Origin: Halobacteriovoraceae bacterium
GTDB lineage: Bacteria; Bdellovibrionota; Bacteriovoracia; Bacteriovoracales; Bacteriovoracaceae
Direction: 5' to 3'
DNA length: 64,000 bases
NCBI GenBank assembly: GCA_963719505.1
Contig: CAVRCF010000003.1
Location: 128,001 to 192,000 of the forward strand
Below the pieces are notes generated by a model. It saw nothing but the letters and a program-made list of their open reading frames with translations, was not told where the DNA came from and searched no databases. Below, in pieces: positions 18,868-28,479 of this stretch (position 1 is the stretch's first letter; every line of letters starts with the position of its first letter). The position numbers and the translations under genes are program-made.

Positions 18868-20547
18868 ATGAAAGCAAGAATTAAAGGCATATTATTTAGC
18901 ACAAATGTAAAGGTGACCTTTGCCTCTCTTGTCATAGGTATCGGCGGTGGGATTTTCTCTTATGCCCTCCATAATATCGTTCATGATCTGAGTTCACTCT
19001 TACAAACAAACCAAGCTTTTACCCTTTACACTCTTTTGGTATCTGGCTGTTTGGCAGCTTTGTCCTTATTCTTAAGCAAAACTATCTTTAAGGACACTCA
19101 AGGTTCTGGAATTCCACAAGTGAAGTTAGCACTGGTTGTTCATAAAGGAAGATTTCCAAAGAGAATGCCATTTGGGAAATTTATTGTCTCTTGTTTGACT
19201 TTGGTCTCTGGAATGACCTTTGGGAAAGAGGGACCACTTGTAACCATCAATGCTGCATGGGCTCATCTCGTGTCTCATGTCCTCAAGTTAAACCAACAAT
19301 TGACAAGGGTATTAGTCGCCTCCGGGGCAGCTGCGGGTCTCGCATCAGCATTTAATACACCGATCGCAGCCGTGATCTTTACCATTGAAGAGATTTTGGG
19401 AGAATTAAAGACAAAGTATTTGGGATTTGTCATTTTAACGGCCGTTATTGGATCTGTAACCGCTTTCAAACTTAATGGGAATATCTCAACATTTACTCCT
19501 GTTCACTATAAATTTAAAATTGAATGGCACCTCATTTTCTATTTTGCTCTTGGACTGATAATGGCGTTAAAGGGTGTCTACTTTATTCGTTTAATTATTT
19601 TCTTTAAAGACTTTAAAAAGAAGTATTTTAAAAATGAATACCTCTATATTTTCTTTGTGCTGACCTTGATTGCCCTTGCGAGTAATTTTACTGTTGAGGT
19701 TCTTGGGGATGGTGTCGATACCATTAATCGTCTACTACTAGGCTCGGAGATGTTAAATGCTAAAAGTTTGATTCTTCTTTTGATACTCAGGTTTTTCTTT
19801 TCAACGACTTCATACAGTACTGGCCTAAGTGGAGGTCTTTTTATGCCCGTGCTGCTTCTAGGGGCCCTAGGGGGAAATCTGATTGGACTTTTATTAGTTC
19901 AGTTAGGGGTGGAAGGAGTGCAAGTTGGAGCCTTTACTTTATTGGGAATGACATCTTTATTAGTTGCGGTCATTAGAACTCCTTTTACAGCCTTTGTTCT
20001 TTTATTTGAAATGACCTTGGATTATGAGCTGATTCTTCCTTTGATGGTATCCAGTATTTCGGCATTTTGGATTGCAAGTAAGCTTTCTCCAAGTTCTGTT
20101 TATGAGAAAGTATCTGCTTATGAAGGAGTCCATCTGCCTACAGCTGCTGACAGTGAAATCATGGATGAAATGAGTGTTGAAGAGTGTATGGTGACAAATG
20201 TTAAATCCTTAGATGGAAATAAAACAATAGAAGAAAACTATAAAGAGGTTGAAGACTTGGAGTATCAAGGCTTTCCTATTCTCATCAATGGAAGATACTT
20301 TGGTGTCATCAATATTTTTAATCTAAAAAAGGAATTTGAAGAAAACCCAAAACGGCTCACAAAAGAAGTTAAGCAGTTCTCTGTGGCTTACGTTTTCCCC
20401 GACCAAAGTTTATTAGTAGCGATGGATAAAATGAAAAAAGCTAATCTGGGAAGACTTCCAGTGGTTAACCGTTTCAACCAATCTCAGTTGGTTGGTATCA
20501 TTACTCCGGAAGATATCGTGAGCTATTTGGGTATTACTAAAGAGTGA
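18868..20547 (+). CDS. ClC-family chloride/proton transporter with CBS domains
   Basis: GSGIP, GKEGP, AFNTPIA..FTIEE, GGLFMP; two C-terminal CBS domains. Confidence 0.93.
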   Translation: MKARIKGILFSTNVKVTFASLVIGIGGGIFSYALHNIVHDLSSLLQTNQAFTLYTLLVSGCLAALSLFLSKTIFKDTQGSGIPQVKLALVVHKGRFPKRMPFGKFIVSCLTLVSGMTFGKEGPLVTINAAWAHLVSHVLKLNQQLTRVLVASGAAAGLASAFNTPIAAVIFTIEEILGELKTKYLGFVILTAVIGSVTAFKLNGNISTFTPVHYKFKIEWHLIFYFALGLIMALKGVYFIRLIIFFKDFKKKYFKNEYLYIFFVLTLIALASNFTVEVLGDGVDTINRLLLGSEMLNAKSLILLLILRFFFSTTSYSTGLSGGLFMPVLLLGALGGNLIGLLLVQLGVEGVQVGAFTLLGMTSLLVAVIRTPFTAFVLLFEMTLDYELILPLMVSSISAFWIASKLSPSSVYEKVSAYEGVHLPTAADSEIMDEMSVEECMVTNVKSLDGNKTIEENYKEVEDLEYQGFPILINGRYFGVINIFNLKKEFEENPKRLTKEVKQFSVAYVFPDQSLLVAMDKMKKANLGRLPVVNRFNQSQLVGIITPEDIVSYLGITKE

Positions 20548-20607
20548 CAGATGAGCGGCTTTTGAAAAACCTGTTGTATAATGAATAAATAAATGGCTTA
20601 ATATTAT

Positions 20608-21180
20608 ATGTCCTATCCACTATCGATTACTAAAGAAGAAATAAATCAATTACCTCCTTTCAAGTTTGAAGGAGAAATCCATTTAGTTGAGACTGAAAAA
20701 GATGCCTTAAATGCCGCTCAAAAGCTTCAACAAGAAAATGAGTTAGGCTTTGATACCGAAACAAGAGCTGCTTTTAAAAAAGGCGAAAGCTATGATATTT
20801 CGCTTCTTCAGTTGGCAACGGGCTCTGATGCCTATCTGTTTAGAATCAATAAATTTAAAGTCCCCCAAGAGATTGCCGATATTTTAGAAAACCCAAATAT
20901 TGTGAAAGCTGGGGTTGCTATTCGAGATGATATCAAAGGTTTGCAGAAGATCTTTTCATTTTCACAGGAAAACTTTATCGATTTAGCAGATATTGCAAAA
21001 GAGAAAAAATATAAAAACTTCGGCTTAAGAGCTCTCACGGCAATTTTCTTAAAAAAGAAGTTATCTAAAAAAGCAAAAATATCCAATTGGAATAGGGTGG
21101 ATTTGACTCCTGAACAAGTGAACTATGCAGCCTCAGATGCTGTTGTTGGGTATGAGATTTATCAGCGTCTTATGAAATAA
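20608..21180 (+). CDS. 3'-5' exonuclease (DEDDy, WRN/RNase D-like)
   Basis: GFDTET, LLQLAT, SNW..LT..Q..YAASDA. Confidence 0.9.
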   Translation: MSYPLSITKEEINQLPPFKFEGEIHLVETEKDALNAAQKLQQENELGFDTETRAAFKKGESYDISLLQLATGSDAYLFRINKFKVPQEIADILENPNIVKAGVAIRDDIKGLQKIFSFSQENFIDLADIAKEKKYKNFGLRALTAIFLKKKLSKKAKISNWNRVDLTPEQVNYAASDAVVGYEIYQRLMK

Positions 21181-21194
21181 CTAACAAGCTTTTG

Positions 21195-22604
21195 TTAAAA
21201 GGCGGCTATGTTCTTAAGAAATTGAGCTTTAAGAATTAAGTAGTTTAACTTTGAGTTTACAAGCTGCCTTTTGGTATCCAAGAATAAATTTTGAGCATCA
21301 AGTTCTGCCAAGAAGTCAGTAACGCCCGAATCAAATCTTTTTTGACTTTTACTGTAGTAAGATTGGGCTTGAAGAGAAATTCTGTTTTGTATCTTTAAAA
21401 TCTCTTGGGCGTTTTTCAGAGCAGTTGCAGTATTTGAAGCCTCAATAAAAGCAGTCTCAATAGTCTTTTCATAATTAATAACACTCTTCTCCTTTCTGAC
21501 TTTAGCAAGCTCTAATTGTGCTGAAAGCTTTCCCCCGGTAAAGATTGGTAAATTTATTTGAGGATTAAAGCTCCAAGATCTAGAGTCCGGATCTATAAGA
21601 GTATTGATATCAGAAGAGAGATAGCCAATACTTCCCGTTAGAATAATAGATGGAAAAAATGCTGCTCTGGCGGCTCCTATATTGGCGTTAGATGCCAAAA
21701 GGTTCAATTCTGCGGCCATAATGTCTGGCCTTTTTAAAATCACATTGGAAGAGAGATTCGTTGCAAGCTTATTTGTGCTATTGATTAGTTTATCGAGAGA
21801 ATTATTAAAGAAATTCATTTTTATATTGGTTTGGCATAAAAAGTTGATCATGTTGAGCTGTTCTCTTTTTTCAGTGTCTAAATTTTTTAACTGAACTTTT
21901 AATTTATCGACCTCTATTTGTTCTCTATCAATGATCAGGCGAGAGATGACACCAGCTTTCAATCTTTTATTAAAAATCTTTATTCTGTCTTCGTAAATTC
22001 TAAGAATATCGTTAAAAATGGCTTCAGACTCCTTCAGGGAGATAATTTTGTAATAGGATAAGACGACTTTGTGAATCGTTGTGAGCCTTATGTACTGCTG
22101 GGTCTGGATTGTTGAGAGGAAAGTGTACTTCGCTTTATCTTTTAAGCTTCTCAGTTTTCCAAAAAAATCGAGCTCATAGGATGCAATCCCAATATTTAAG
22201 CTCGCTTGTTTTTGAGTAAATCCTTCTGTTGCTCCAGCAGCCTGAGGACCAAAACCACCTCCACCAACAAAGTTAGGTGGAAGAAACCTTTTTTGAGTAC
22301 CACCACTTAAGCCTACATTGGGAATGAGCTTAGCATATTCGATATCATAGGCTTTCTCTAACTCTTTAACACTAAGTTTACTAATCTTGAGATCAAAATT
22401 TTTCTTAAGAGCTTTGTTGATAAGAAAGCGTAAATCTTTTTGTGGGAAAACTTTTGCCCAATTTGTCTTCATAAACTCTTTTTGTGTTTCATTCGAGTAC
22501 ATGAGAAGTTTGGGAGGAATATCTATTTTCGGTTTTTCATAATCAGGAGCGAGTGTACAACCAGTTAAGAGAAACATGAGAAATATCATTGTAATTTGTC
22601 TCAT
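21195..22604 (-). CDS. RND efflux outer-membrane lipoprotein (OprM/NodT family)
   Basis: Lipobox LTGC-TLAPDY, SYELDFFG, RPDIMAAE..L..ANANIGAARAAFFPSI. Confidence 0.93.
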   Translation of the reverse strand: MRQITMIFLMFLLTGCTLAPDYEKPKIDIPPKLLMYSNETQKEFMKTNWAKVFPQKDLRFLINKALKKNFDLKISKLSVKELEKAYDIEYAKLIPNVGLSGGTQKRFLPPNFVGGGGFGPQAAGATEGFTQKQASLNIGIASYELDFFGKLRSLKDKAKYTFLSTIQTQQYIRLTTIHKVVLSYYKIISLKESEAIFNDILRIYEDRIKIFNKRLKAGVISRLIIDREQIEVDKLKVQLKNLDTEKREQLNMINFLCQTNIKMNFFNNSLDKLINSTNKLATNLSSNVILKRPDIMAAELNLLASNANIGAARAAFFPSIILTGSIGYLSSDINTLIDPDSRSWSFNPQINLPIFTGGKLSAQLELAKVRKEKSVINYEKTIETAFIEASNTATALKNAQEILKIQNRISLQAQSYYSKSQKRFDSGVTDFLAELDAQNLFLDTKRQLVNSKLNYLILKAQFLKNIAAF

Positions 22605-25600
22605 TTCTTTCTCCTAAGTTTCATAATTGCGATGAAAAAAAGTGGTGAAAAATAAATAACGAGAAATGTTATCGCAATTATCCCACCGACAAGACCTGCT
22701 CCAATTGAGTTTTGGGCTCCACTCCCAGGACCGCTGGAGAAGACGAGAGGAATAATTCCAAGAAAGAATGTAAGGGAGGTCATGAGAATTGGTCTAAACC
22801 TTTCTTTACAGGCCTTAACAACGGCATCTTTTAGATCCTCTCCATCATCTACAAGTGATCTTGCAAACTCTACAATCAGGATGGCATTCTTCGCTGTAAG
22901 GGCCAAGGTAAGGAGTATCCCGACTTTAAAATAGACGTCATTTGCCTCGCCGGCGAGCCAAGTGGATAAACTTGCTCCAAGAATACCCAAAGGAAGCACA
23001 AGGAGAATTGAGAAGGGAATAGTCCAACTTTCATAAAGGGCGGCAAGACTTAAAAAGATCGCTACAATGGCCAAAGAGTAGAGGATGACCACCTGACTAC
23101 CAGAGGCTTTCTCTTCAAAAGATAAGCCGGTCCATTCAATATCGAAGCCTCGAGGAAGCTTCTCTTTTAATTTCATTATTTTATTCATGATGGTATCGGT
23201 CGTTACACCAGGTGAAGCTTGTCCTTGAATCTCAATTGATGAGTTTCCATTGAACCTTTGCAACTGGGGCGCACCATAGCTCCAGGCACCACTGGTAACA
23301 TCACCCAGTGAAATCATTTTTCCCTGGGTGTTCCTGACGTACCAAAGTGAGACATCATCTGGCTTCATTCTATATTCTTTATCTCCTTGTATAAAAACTC
23401 TTTTAACTCTTCCATCTTCTATGAAGTCATTAACATAGCTTCCCCCCCATGCAGAACTGAGAGTTGTGTTAAGCTCTGCGATTGGTATTTTATAGGCTAA
23501 AGCTCTTCTCTCATCTAAATTTAATTTGTATTGCGGGTTACTGGGAAGAGCATTTGCTCTGGCACTTGCGAACTGATTATCTTTACTCGTTAAGCCTAAA
23601 AATTGATTTTTTGCATCGACTAACTTGTCGTAACCCAACCCGGCTGAATCAACCAATTGAAACTTAAATCCATTCGCGTTTCCCAACTGGGATATTGGTG
23701 GTGGGACGAGAACAAAAACTCTAGCATCTTCAATTTTGGCAAATTCTTTATTGGCTCTTTTGGCGATACTAAAAACTGAATTTACGTCATCGCTCCTTTT
23801 ATCGTAGTCTTTGAAATTAACGAACCCTATAGCCGTATTTTGCCCTTGCCCACTAAAGCTAAATCCAATGACGGTAAAGATATCTTTAATTGCGTCTTTA
23901 GAGTCTTCCAAAAAAAACTTTTCCACCTTTTTTATTACAGGAAGCATTCTGTTAAAGGTTGCATTTTGAGGACCTTGAACTAATGTGAAAACACGTCCTT
24001 GATCTTCGTCAGGTAAAAAGGTTCCTGGTATTTTGTAAAAGAGAAAGCCAGTAACCAAGAGAAGGCCTACAAAGAGAACAAAAGAAGTCTTCGTTTTTGA
24101 TAGGAATGAATTGAGGCTTGATTCATACTTATTTTGAGTCTTATCGAAAAACAAATTAAATTTTCTAAAAAAGAAATTCTCTTGAGTTCCTTTTTTAACC
24201 AGAGATCGGCATAAAGAGGGAGCTAAGGTTAATGCTATAAAGAGAGACAGGGTCATCGCAGCTAAAATTGTGATCGAGAAGTTTTTATAAATGACGCCAG
24301 AGGATCCAGAGAAAAAGAGCATAGGTGTAAAAACGGCCCAAACCACCATCGTGGTACCAATCAATGCTCCAGACAATTGTTTCATTGTCTCTTTCGCCGC
24401 TTTTTCAGGTTCTATGTCCTTGTTATTTTCAAGACGAGACTTAAAGTTTTCAGTTACAACAATTACGTCATCAACCAGCATCCCGATCGATAGGACACAG
24501 GCAAATAAGGTTAGAACATTTATAGAGAATCCACTTGCGAGCATGATGGCAAAAGTTCCAAGTAAGACAACTGGTATTGAAATAACAGGGATAAGGGTGG
24601 CGGTGAAACTTTGTAAAAATAGGTACATCACTAAAACAACGAGAATCATCGCAATAGCTAAAGTCTGAATAACACCAGCAATAGAAGTCTTGATAAAGGG
24701 GGAGGCATCTACTGGGAAGCTCACCTCAACACCTGGTGGAAAACTAGGCTCAAGCTTTTTTAGTTCTTTCTTGACAAGCTCAATAGTATCGAGAGCATTG
24801 GCTCCAGCGGAGAGATACATCCCAAAACCTGCTGCATTTTTTCCCTTGTACCGTTTTACGGTATTGTAACTTTCCGATCCAATTTCTACTCTTGCAATAT
24901 CCTTAAGCAGAAGTCTTGAGCCATCAGGAAGAACTTTTAGAAAAATATTTTGAAAGTCCTCTACTTTTGTGTAGAGCCCTTTGGCGATTATCGTCGCGTT
25001 CAATTGTTGTGCATCTATTGAGGGTGCGCCACCGATTTGCCCTGAAGAGAGCTGCTTGTTTTGATTTCCAATTTGTGCAAAAACATCACTTGCAGTGATT
25101 TGATAGAAGTTCATTTTTTTAGGATTGAGCCATATTCTCATGGCATTTTGTGGTCCAAAAACTTGCACTCTACCGACACCACGAATTCGCTCAATAGGCT
25201 CTGAAATTCTAGTTGTGATGAAGTCTGATATCTCTTGTTGGGAAACTTTTCCATCCGAAGAGTAGAAGGATGTGACGAGTTGAAAATTTCCTATTGATTT
25301 GTTGACCTTAATTCCCAATTGTTGAACTTGAGAAGGAAGTGATGGAACAGCTTCGGAGAGTTTATTTTGAACCTGTATCTGCGCGATGTCTGGTTCGGTA
25401 CCAATTTCAAATGTAAGCGTGATGGATGCCGTTCCGTTGGAGTTACTTCGTGAACTAAAGTAGCGTAGGTTTTGTAAACCAGTCATTTTTTGTTCTATGA
25501 CTTGAGTCACTGTTTTTTCTAATGTTTCTGCTGAGGCACCGGGGTAGACGGTGTTGATAACAACTTCAGGGGGAGCGACCTGTGGATACTGCTGAATAGG

Positions 25601-25693
25601 GAGCTCCATTACAGCAATAACACCAGCGATGGTGATGAGGATAGCTATGACCCCTGCAAAGACGGGGCGTTTTATAAAAAAACTCGAAATCAT
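22601..25693 (-). CDS. RND efflux permease (AcrB/MexB family)
   Basis: FFIKRPVFA, QYPQVAPP, GMLVDDVIVV, AKNAILIVEFA, RFRPILMTSL. Confidence 0.96.
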   Translation of the reverse strand: MISSFFIKRPVFAGVIAILITIAGVIAVMELPIQQYPQVAPPEVVINTVYPGASAETLEKTVTQVIEQKMTGLQNLRYFSSRSNSNGTASITLTFEIGTEPDIAQIQVQNKLSEAVPSLPSQVQQLGIKVNKSIGNFQLVTSFYSSDGKVSQQEISDFITTRISEPIERIRGVGRVQVFGPQNAMRIWLNPKKMNFYQITASDVFAQIGNQNKQLSSGQIGGAPSIDAQQLNATIIAKGLYTKVEDFQNIFLKVLPDGSRLLLKDIARVEIGSESYNTVKRYKGKNAAGFGMYLSAGANALDTIELVKKELKKLEPSFPPGVEVSFPVDASPFIKTSIAGVIQTLAIAMILVVLVMYLFLQSFTATLIPVISIPVVLLGTFAIMLASGFSINVLTLFACVLSIGMLVDDVIVVTENFKSRLENNKDIEPEKAAKETMKQLSGALIGTTMVVWAVFTPMLFFSGSSGVIYKNFSITILAAMTLSLFIALTLAPSLCRSLVKKGTQENFFFRKFNLFFDKTQNKYESSLNSFLSKTKTSFVLFVGLLLVTGFLFYKIPGTFLPDEDQGRVFTLVQGPQNATFNRMLPVIKKVEKFFLEDSKDAIKDIFTVIGFSFSGQGQNTAIGFVNFKDYDKRSDDVNSVFSIAKRANKEFAKIEDARVFVLVPPPISQLGNANGFKFQLVDSAGLGYDKLVDAKNQFLGLTSKDNQFASARANALPSNPQYKLNLDERRALAYKIPIAELNTTLSSAWGGSYVNDFIEDGRVKRVFIQGDKEYRMKPDDVSLWYVRNTQGKMISLGDVTSGAWSYGAPQLQRFNGNSSIEIQGQASPGVTTDTIMNKIMKLKEKLPRGFDIEWTGLSFEEKASGSQVVILYSLAIVAIFLSLAALYESWTIPFSILLVLPLGILGASLSTWLAGEANDVYFKVGILLTLALTAKNAILIVEFARSLVDDGEDLKDAVVKACKERFRPILMTSLTFFLGIIPLVFSSGPGSGAQNSIGAGLVGGIIAITFLVIYFSPLFFIAIMKLRRKK

Positions 25694-25706
25694 TTTTCTC
25701 CCACCT

Positions 25707-26792
25707 TTATTCTGATTTGGGCTTTTTGATTTGAATTGGTGTTCCCGCTTTTCTTATCTTCATAAGATTTGAGACAATGACTTTATCATTTTCTTTAAGT
25801 CCCTCTTTGACAATCCATCTCTTTTTTAGCATTTTGCCCATCTGTATCTTTTGACTTTTTGCTTTCCCATCTTTAGGCATCCAAACTTGTGCTTGTCCAG
25901 CTGGAGTCATCTGTACTGCTCTTTGGGGAATCATTATTTCATTTTGGTAGCTGATGTTAGAGATCAAAGCCTCAACATACATTGCCGGGATCAAGAGTCC
26001 CTCTTTATTTTTTACAAGTGCTCGCGCCGTAAGTGTACCAGTCGATTTTCCAAGACTTCTTTCGACAGAGACTATCTTGCCTCGAATTGGTGCAGCATCT
26101 TCTTGGATAAAAACTTCAATTTCTTGGTCCCTAAAGGAGTTTAAGGGAATAGACTTTATCTGAGATAGTGGCATGCTGAGGTCAACATAAACGTTTTCTG
26201 TATTGTAAATTTCCGCTAAAGATTCCAGCTGACCTTTTTGAACCAATTCTCCTACTGTAAAATTCGTTTTTCCAATATAACCACTAATGGGAGCTTTAAT
26301 ATAGGCGTCATCTACAATCACTTCAGCTTGTGAGATCTTAGACTTAGCTAAATTTACGGCAGATTGAATTTCACTAACTTTATTCTTGGCGCTGATATAT
26401 TCTTGCTCAGATATGGCCTGTGCCCTTTTAAGCTCTTTATACCTATTGTAGAGTGAAGTCGCTGTTTTTAGCTGAGACTGAACTCTGGAAAGTTCAGCTT
26501 GAGAACTTTCCAGTTGGGCTTCATAAGTTTTTGGTTCTATCTCATAAAGAACTTCGCCTTGATTAATAAAGCGCCCTTGCTCAAAAAGCCTTTTCTTGAT
26601 CACGCCAGTGACCTGTGGCCTGATTTTAGAGGATTTTGTGGCAACCACTCGTCCCAGAAACTTGTTTGTGACAACAACTCTTTCTTTTTTTATTGTTAGC
26701 ACTTCAACCACCACTGGTGGTGGTGCTTTTTTGGGAGCATCTTGTTCGCTGCATGAGATGATTGCTAAAATGAGAATTGGTAGTAAATTCAT
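25707..26792 (-). CDS. RND periplasmic adaptor (AcrA/MexA family)
   Basis: Lipoprotein signal, IRPQVTGVI, IKAPISGYIG, IPQRAV. Confidence 0.93.
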   Translation of the reverse strand: MNLLPILILAIISCSEQDAPKKAPPPVVVEVLTIKKERVVVTNKFLGRVVATKSSKIRPQVTGVIKKRLFEQGRFINQGEVLYEIEPKTYEAQLESSQAELSRVQSQLKTATSLYNRYKELKRAQAISEQEYISAKNKVSEIQSAVNLAKSKISQAEVIVDDAYIKAPISGYIGKTNFTVGELVQKGQLESLAEIYNTENVYVDLSMPLSQIKSIPLNSFRDQEIEVFIQEDAAPIRGKIVSVERSLGKSTGTLTARALVKNKEGLLIPAMYVEALISNISYQNEIMIPQRAVQMTPAGQAQVWMPKDGKAKSQKIQMGKMLKKRWIVKEGLKENDKVIVSNLMKIRKAGTPIQIKKPKSE

Positions 26793-26846
26793 TGTTTTTG
26801 ATTATGTGTGATACTGAGGTAAAAAGGATCGCTAAGTTTTCTTGAA

Positions 26847-26868
26847 AATGTGATTATTTCTTCACATT
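26847..26868. promoter_or_regulatory. Inverted repeat AATGTGA-N8-TCACATT upstream of the RND operon
   Basis: Perfect 7-bp arms in the divergent intergenic region. Confidence 0.4.
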
Positions 26869-27029
26869 ATTCATGTGTCAAGGCCATGCCTTGGCTTTTA
26901 TGAGTTGATTCATTAAAGTCTAATTCAATCCTCACTTTTTATAAAAAAGACAAACTATCCATTAGTTAAGACGTGGCTCTTTGGTCTATAATGCTTGGGA
27001 ATAATGAACCCAACCATAAAGAGAGTCCT

Positions 27030-27548
27030 ATGAACAAATTTTTTATTTTAGTCTTGAGCCTATTCCTATTCACAGCGGCCAAAAATATAGGTGAAGTAAA
27101 ACTTGAAACTACAGAGGGTGAGGTTATCACTTTATCGAAGTATAAAAATAAACCCGTACTCATTGTCAATATTGCGACTCGCTGTGGTTACACAGGACAA
27201 TTAGATGACCTTGAAAAAATTTATAAAAACTACAGCTCCCGTGGACTGGTGGTTTTAGGTTTACCGTCAAACGATTTTGGCAGTCAGACACCTGAAGAAA
27301 ATAAAGAGGTGGCAAAATTTTGTCGTTTAAAGTACGGAACGACTTTTCCTATTTTAAAAAAATCGAAGGTCACTGGAGAAAATAAGCATCCCATCATCAC
27401 TGAGCTTTTATTGAAAACGAATAAAGAAGAAATTTCTTGGAATTTTGAAAAGTTTCTTATTAAAAAAGATGGCTCGGTTACTCGCTTTGCCTCCAACGTG
27501 AATCCAAGTTCTAAAGAGTTTAAGCAAGCTATAGAAAGTGCTCTATGA
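27030..27548 (+). CDS. Glutathione peroxidase (Cys-type) with signal peptide
   Basis: VNIATRCGYTGQ, LGLPSNDFG.Q, SWNFEKFL; likely start 27030. Confidence 0.93.
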   Translation: MNKFFILVLSLFLFTAAKNIGEVKLETTEGEVITLSKYKNKPVLIVNIATRCGYTGQLDDLEKIYKNYSSRGLVVLGLPSNDFGSQTPEENKEVAKFCRLKYGTTFPILKKSKVTGENKHPIITELLLKTNKEEISWNFEKFLIKKDGSVTRFASNVNPSSKEFKQAIESAL

Positions 27549-27584
27549 TAATTAGTTGTTGATTAAAGCTCACATCAAGATAAA

Positions 27585-28319
27585 ATGAAATTCAATTTTT
27601 ATTTTGTGAGTTTGCCTATAAAAGGGATTTTACTTCTTTTTATCTGTGTCCCCTTTATTTGTGCGGCAGGAGATTTTTCAACTGGAATAGGTTATATCAA
27701 GCCGGGTGATTATAGGGTTGATAATGAAATTAACCCGCTTCCTCTGGGTATAAGTCTTTTACCCATTATCGCGTATCGTGGGGAAAGGTTAAATGTTCTT
27801 GGACCCAATATCTCTTATAAACTCATAAAAGGAGCCATTGCTTTTGATTTAAGATTAAATGCAGCAGGCGATAGGTACAAAGCCTACGAGGTAAAACAAA
27901 AAGGAGGAACCTTAAATACAGGGTTCCTTTTGAGGATCTTCTTTTTAAGCCTTCAGCACGGAGTGGATTTCTTTAACGTTTACCAAGGCCAAACTTCAAA
28001 TATTTTTCTTTCCAAACCCTTTTTCCTGAGTAAAAAGCTTATGATAATACCTCGGATTGGAAAAGAGTACTTAAGTTCTCAGTACACTAATTTTTATTAT
28101 GGAGTCTCTAGCGAGGAGACTGGATTCTTCAAGGAATATGAGATGAAAAGTGCTGCTAATGATTTCTATAATGTCTCAGTGAACTATATCCTCTCTAAAA
28201 ATCAATCCTTAAATCTATCCTATAGCTATAAGCGTTTTGATCAAGTAATAGCAGAATCTCCCACTATAAGTGAGAATGGTTTTTCAACTTTAGCGCTATT
28301 TTGGAATTTTGGGCTGTAA
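27585..28319 (+). CDS. MipA/OmpV family outer-membrane protein
   Basis: LPIIAYRGERL, YTNFYYGV, IAESPTI, alternating beta-strand pattern. Confidence 0.78.
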   Translation: MKFNFYFVSLPIKGILLLFICVPFICAAGDFSTGIGYIKPGDYRVDNEINPLPLGISLLPIIAYRGERLNVLGPNISYKLIKGAIAFDLRLNAAGDRYKAYEVKQKGGTLNTGFLLRIFFLSLQHGVDFFNVYQGQTSNIFLSKPFFLSKKLMIIPRIGKEYLSSQYTNFYYGVSSEETGFFKEYEMKSAANDFYNVSVNYILSKNQSLNLSYSYKRFDQVIAESPTISENGFSTLALFWNFGL

Positions 28320-28379
28320 GTACCTGTTTTGTTCAGATTAAGATGGGGGACTTCAGGCTTCTTAATTTGTTACCGCTCA

Positions 28380-28407
28380 TTGACAATATTTTGAATGCCT
28401 TTAAACT
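28380..28407 (+). promoter_or_regulatory. Candidate sigma-70 promoter of the two-component operon
   Basis: TTGACA-N16-TAAACT, upstream of a GGAGG RBS. Confidence 0.45.
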
Positions 28408-28479
28408 AGGGGGATTAGCAATAGAATGTATAAAATGTAGGTTTCCATCATAGCTGTAGAAGATGGAGGAGATTTATTT

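Noticed and set aside
26847-26868. CRP or Rex binding site
   Set aside because: TGTGA/TCACA spacing is 8 bp rather than 6; kept only as an unassigned palindrome
27030-27548. Selenocysteine glutathione peroxidase
   Set aside because: Active-site codon is TGT (Cys); no in-frame TGA
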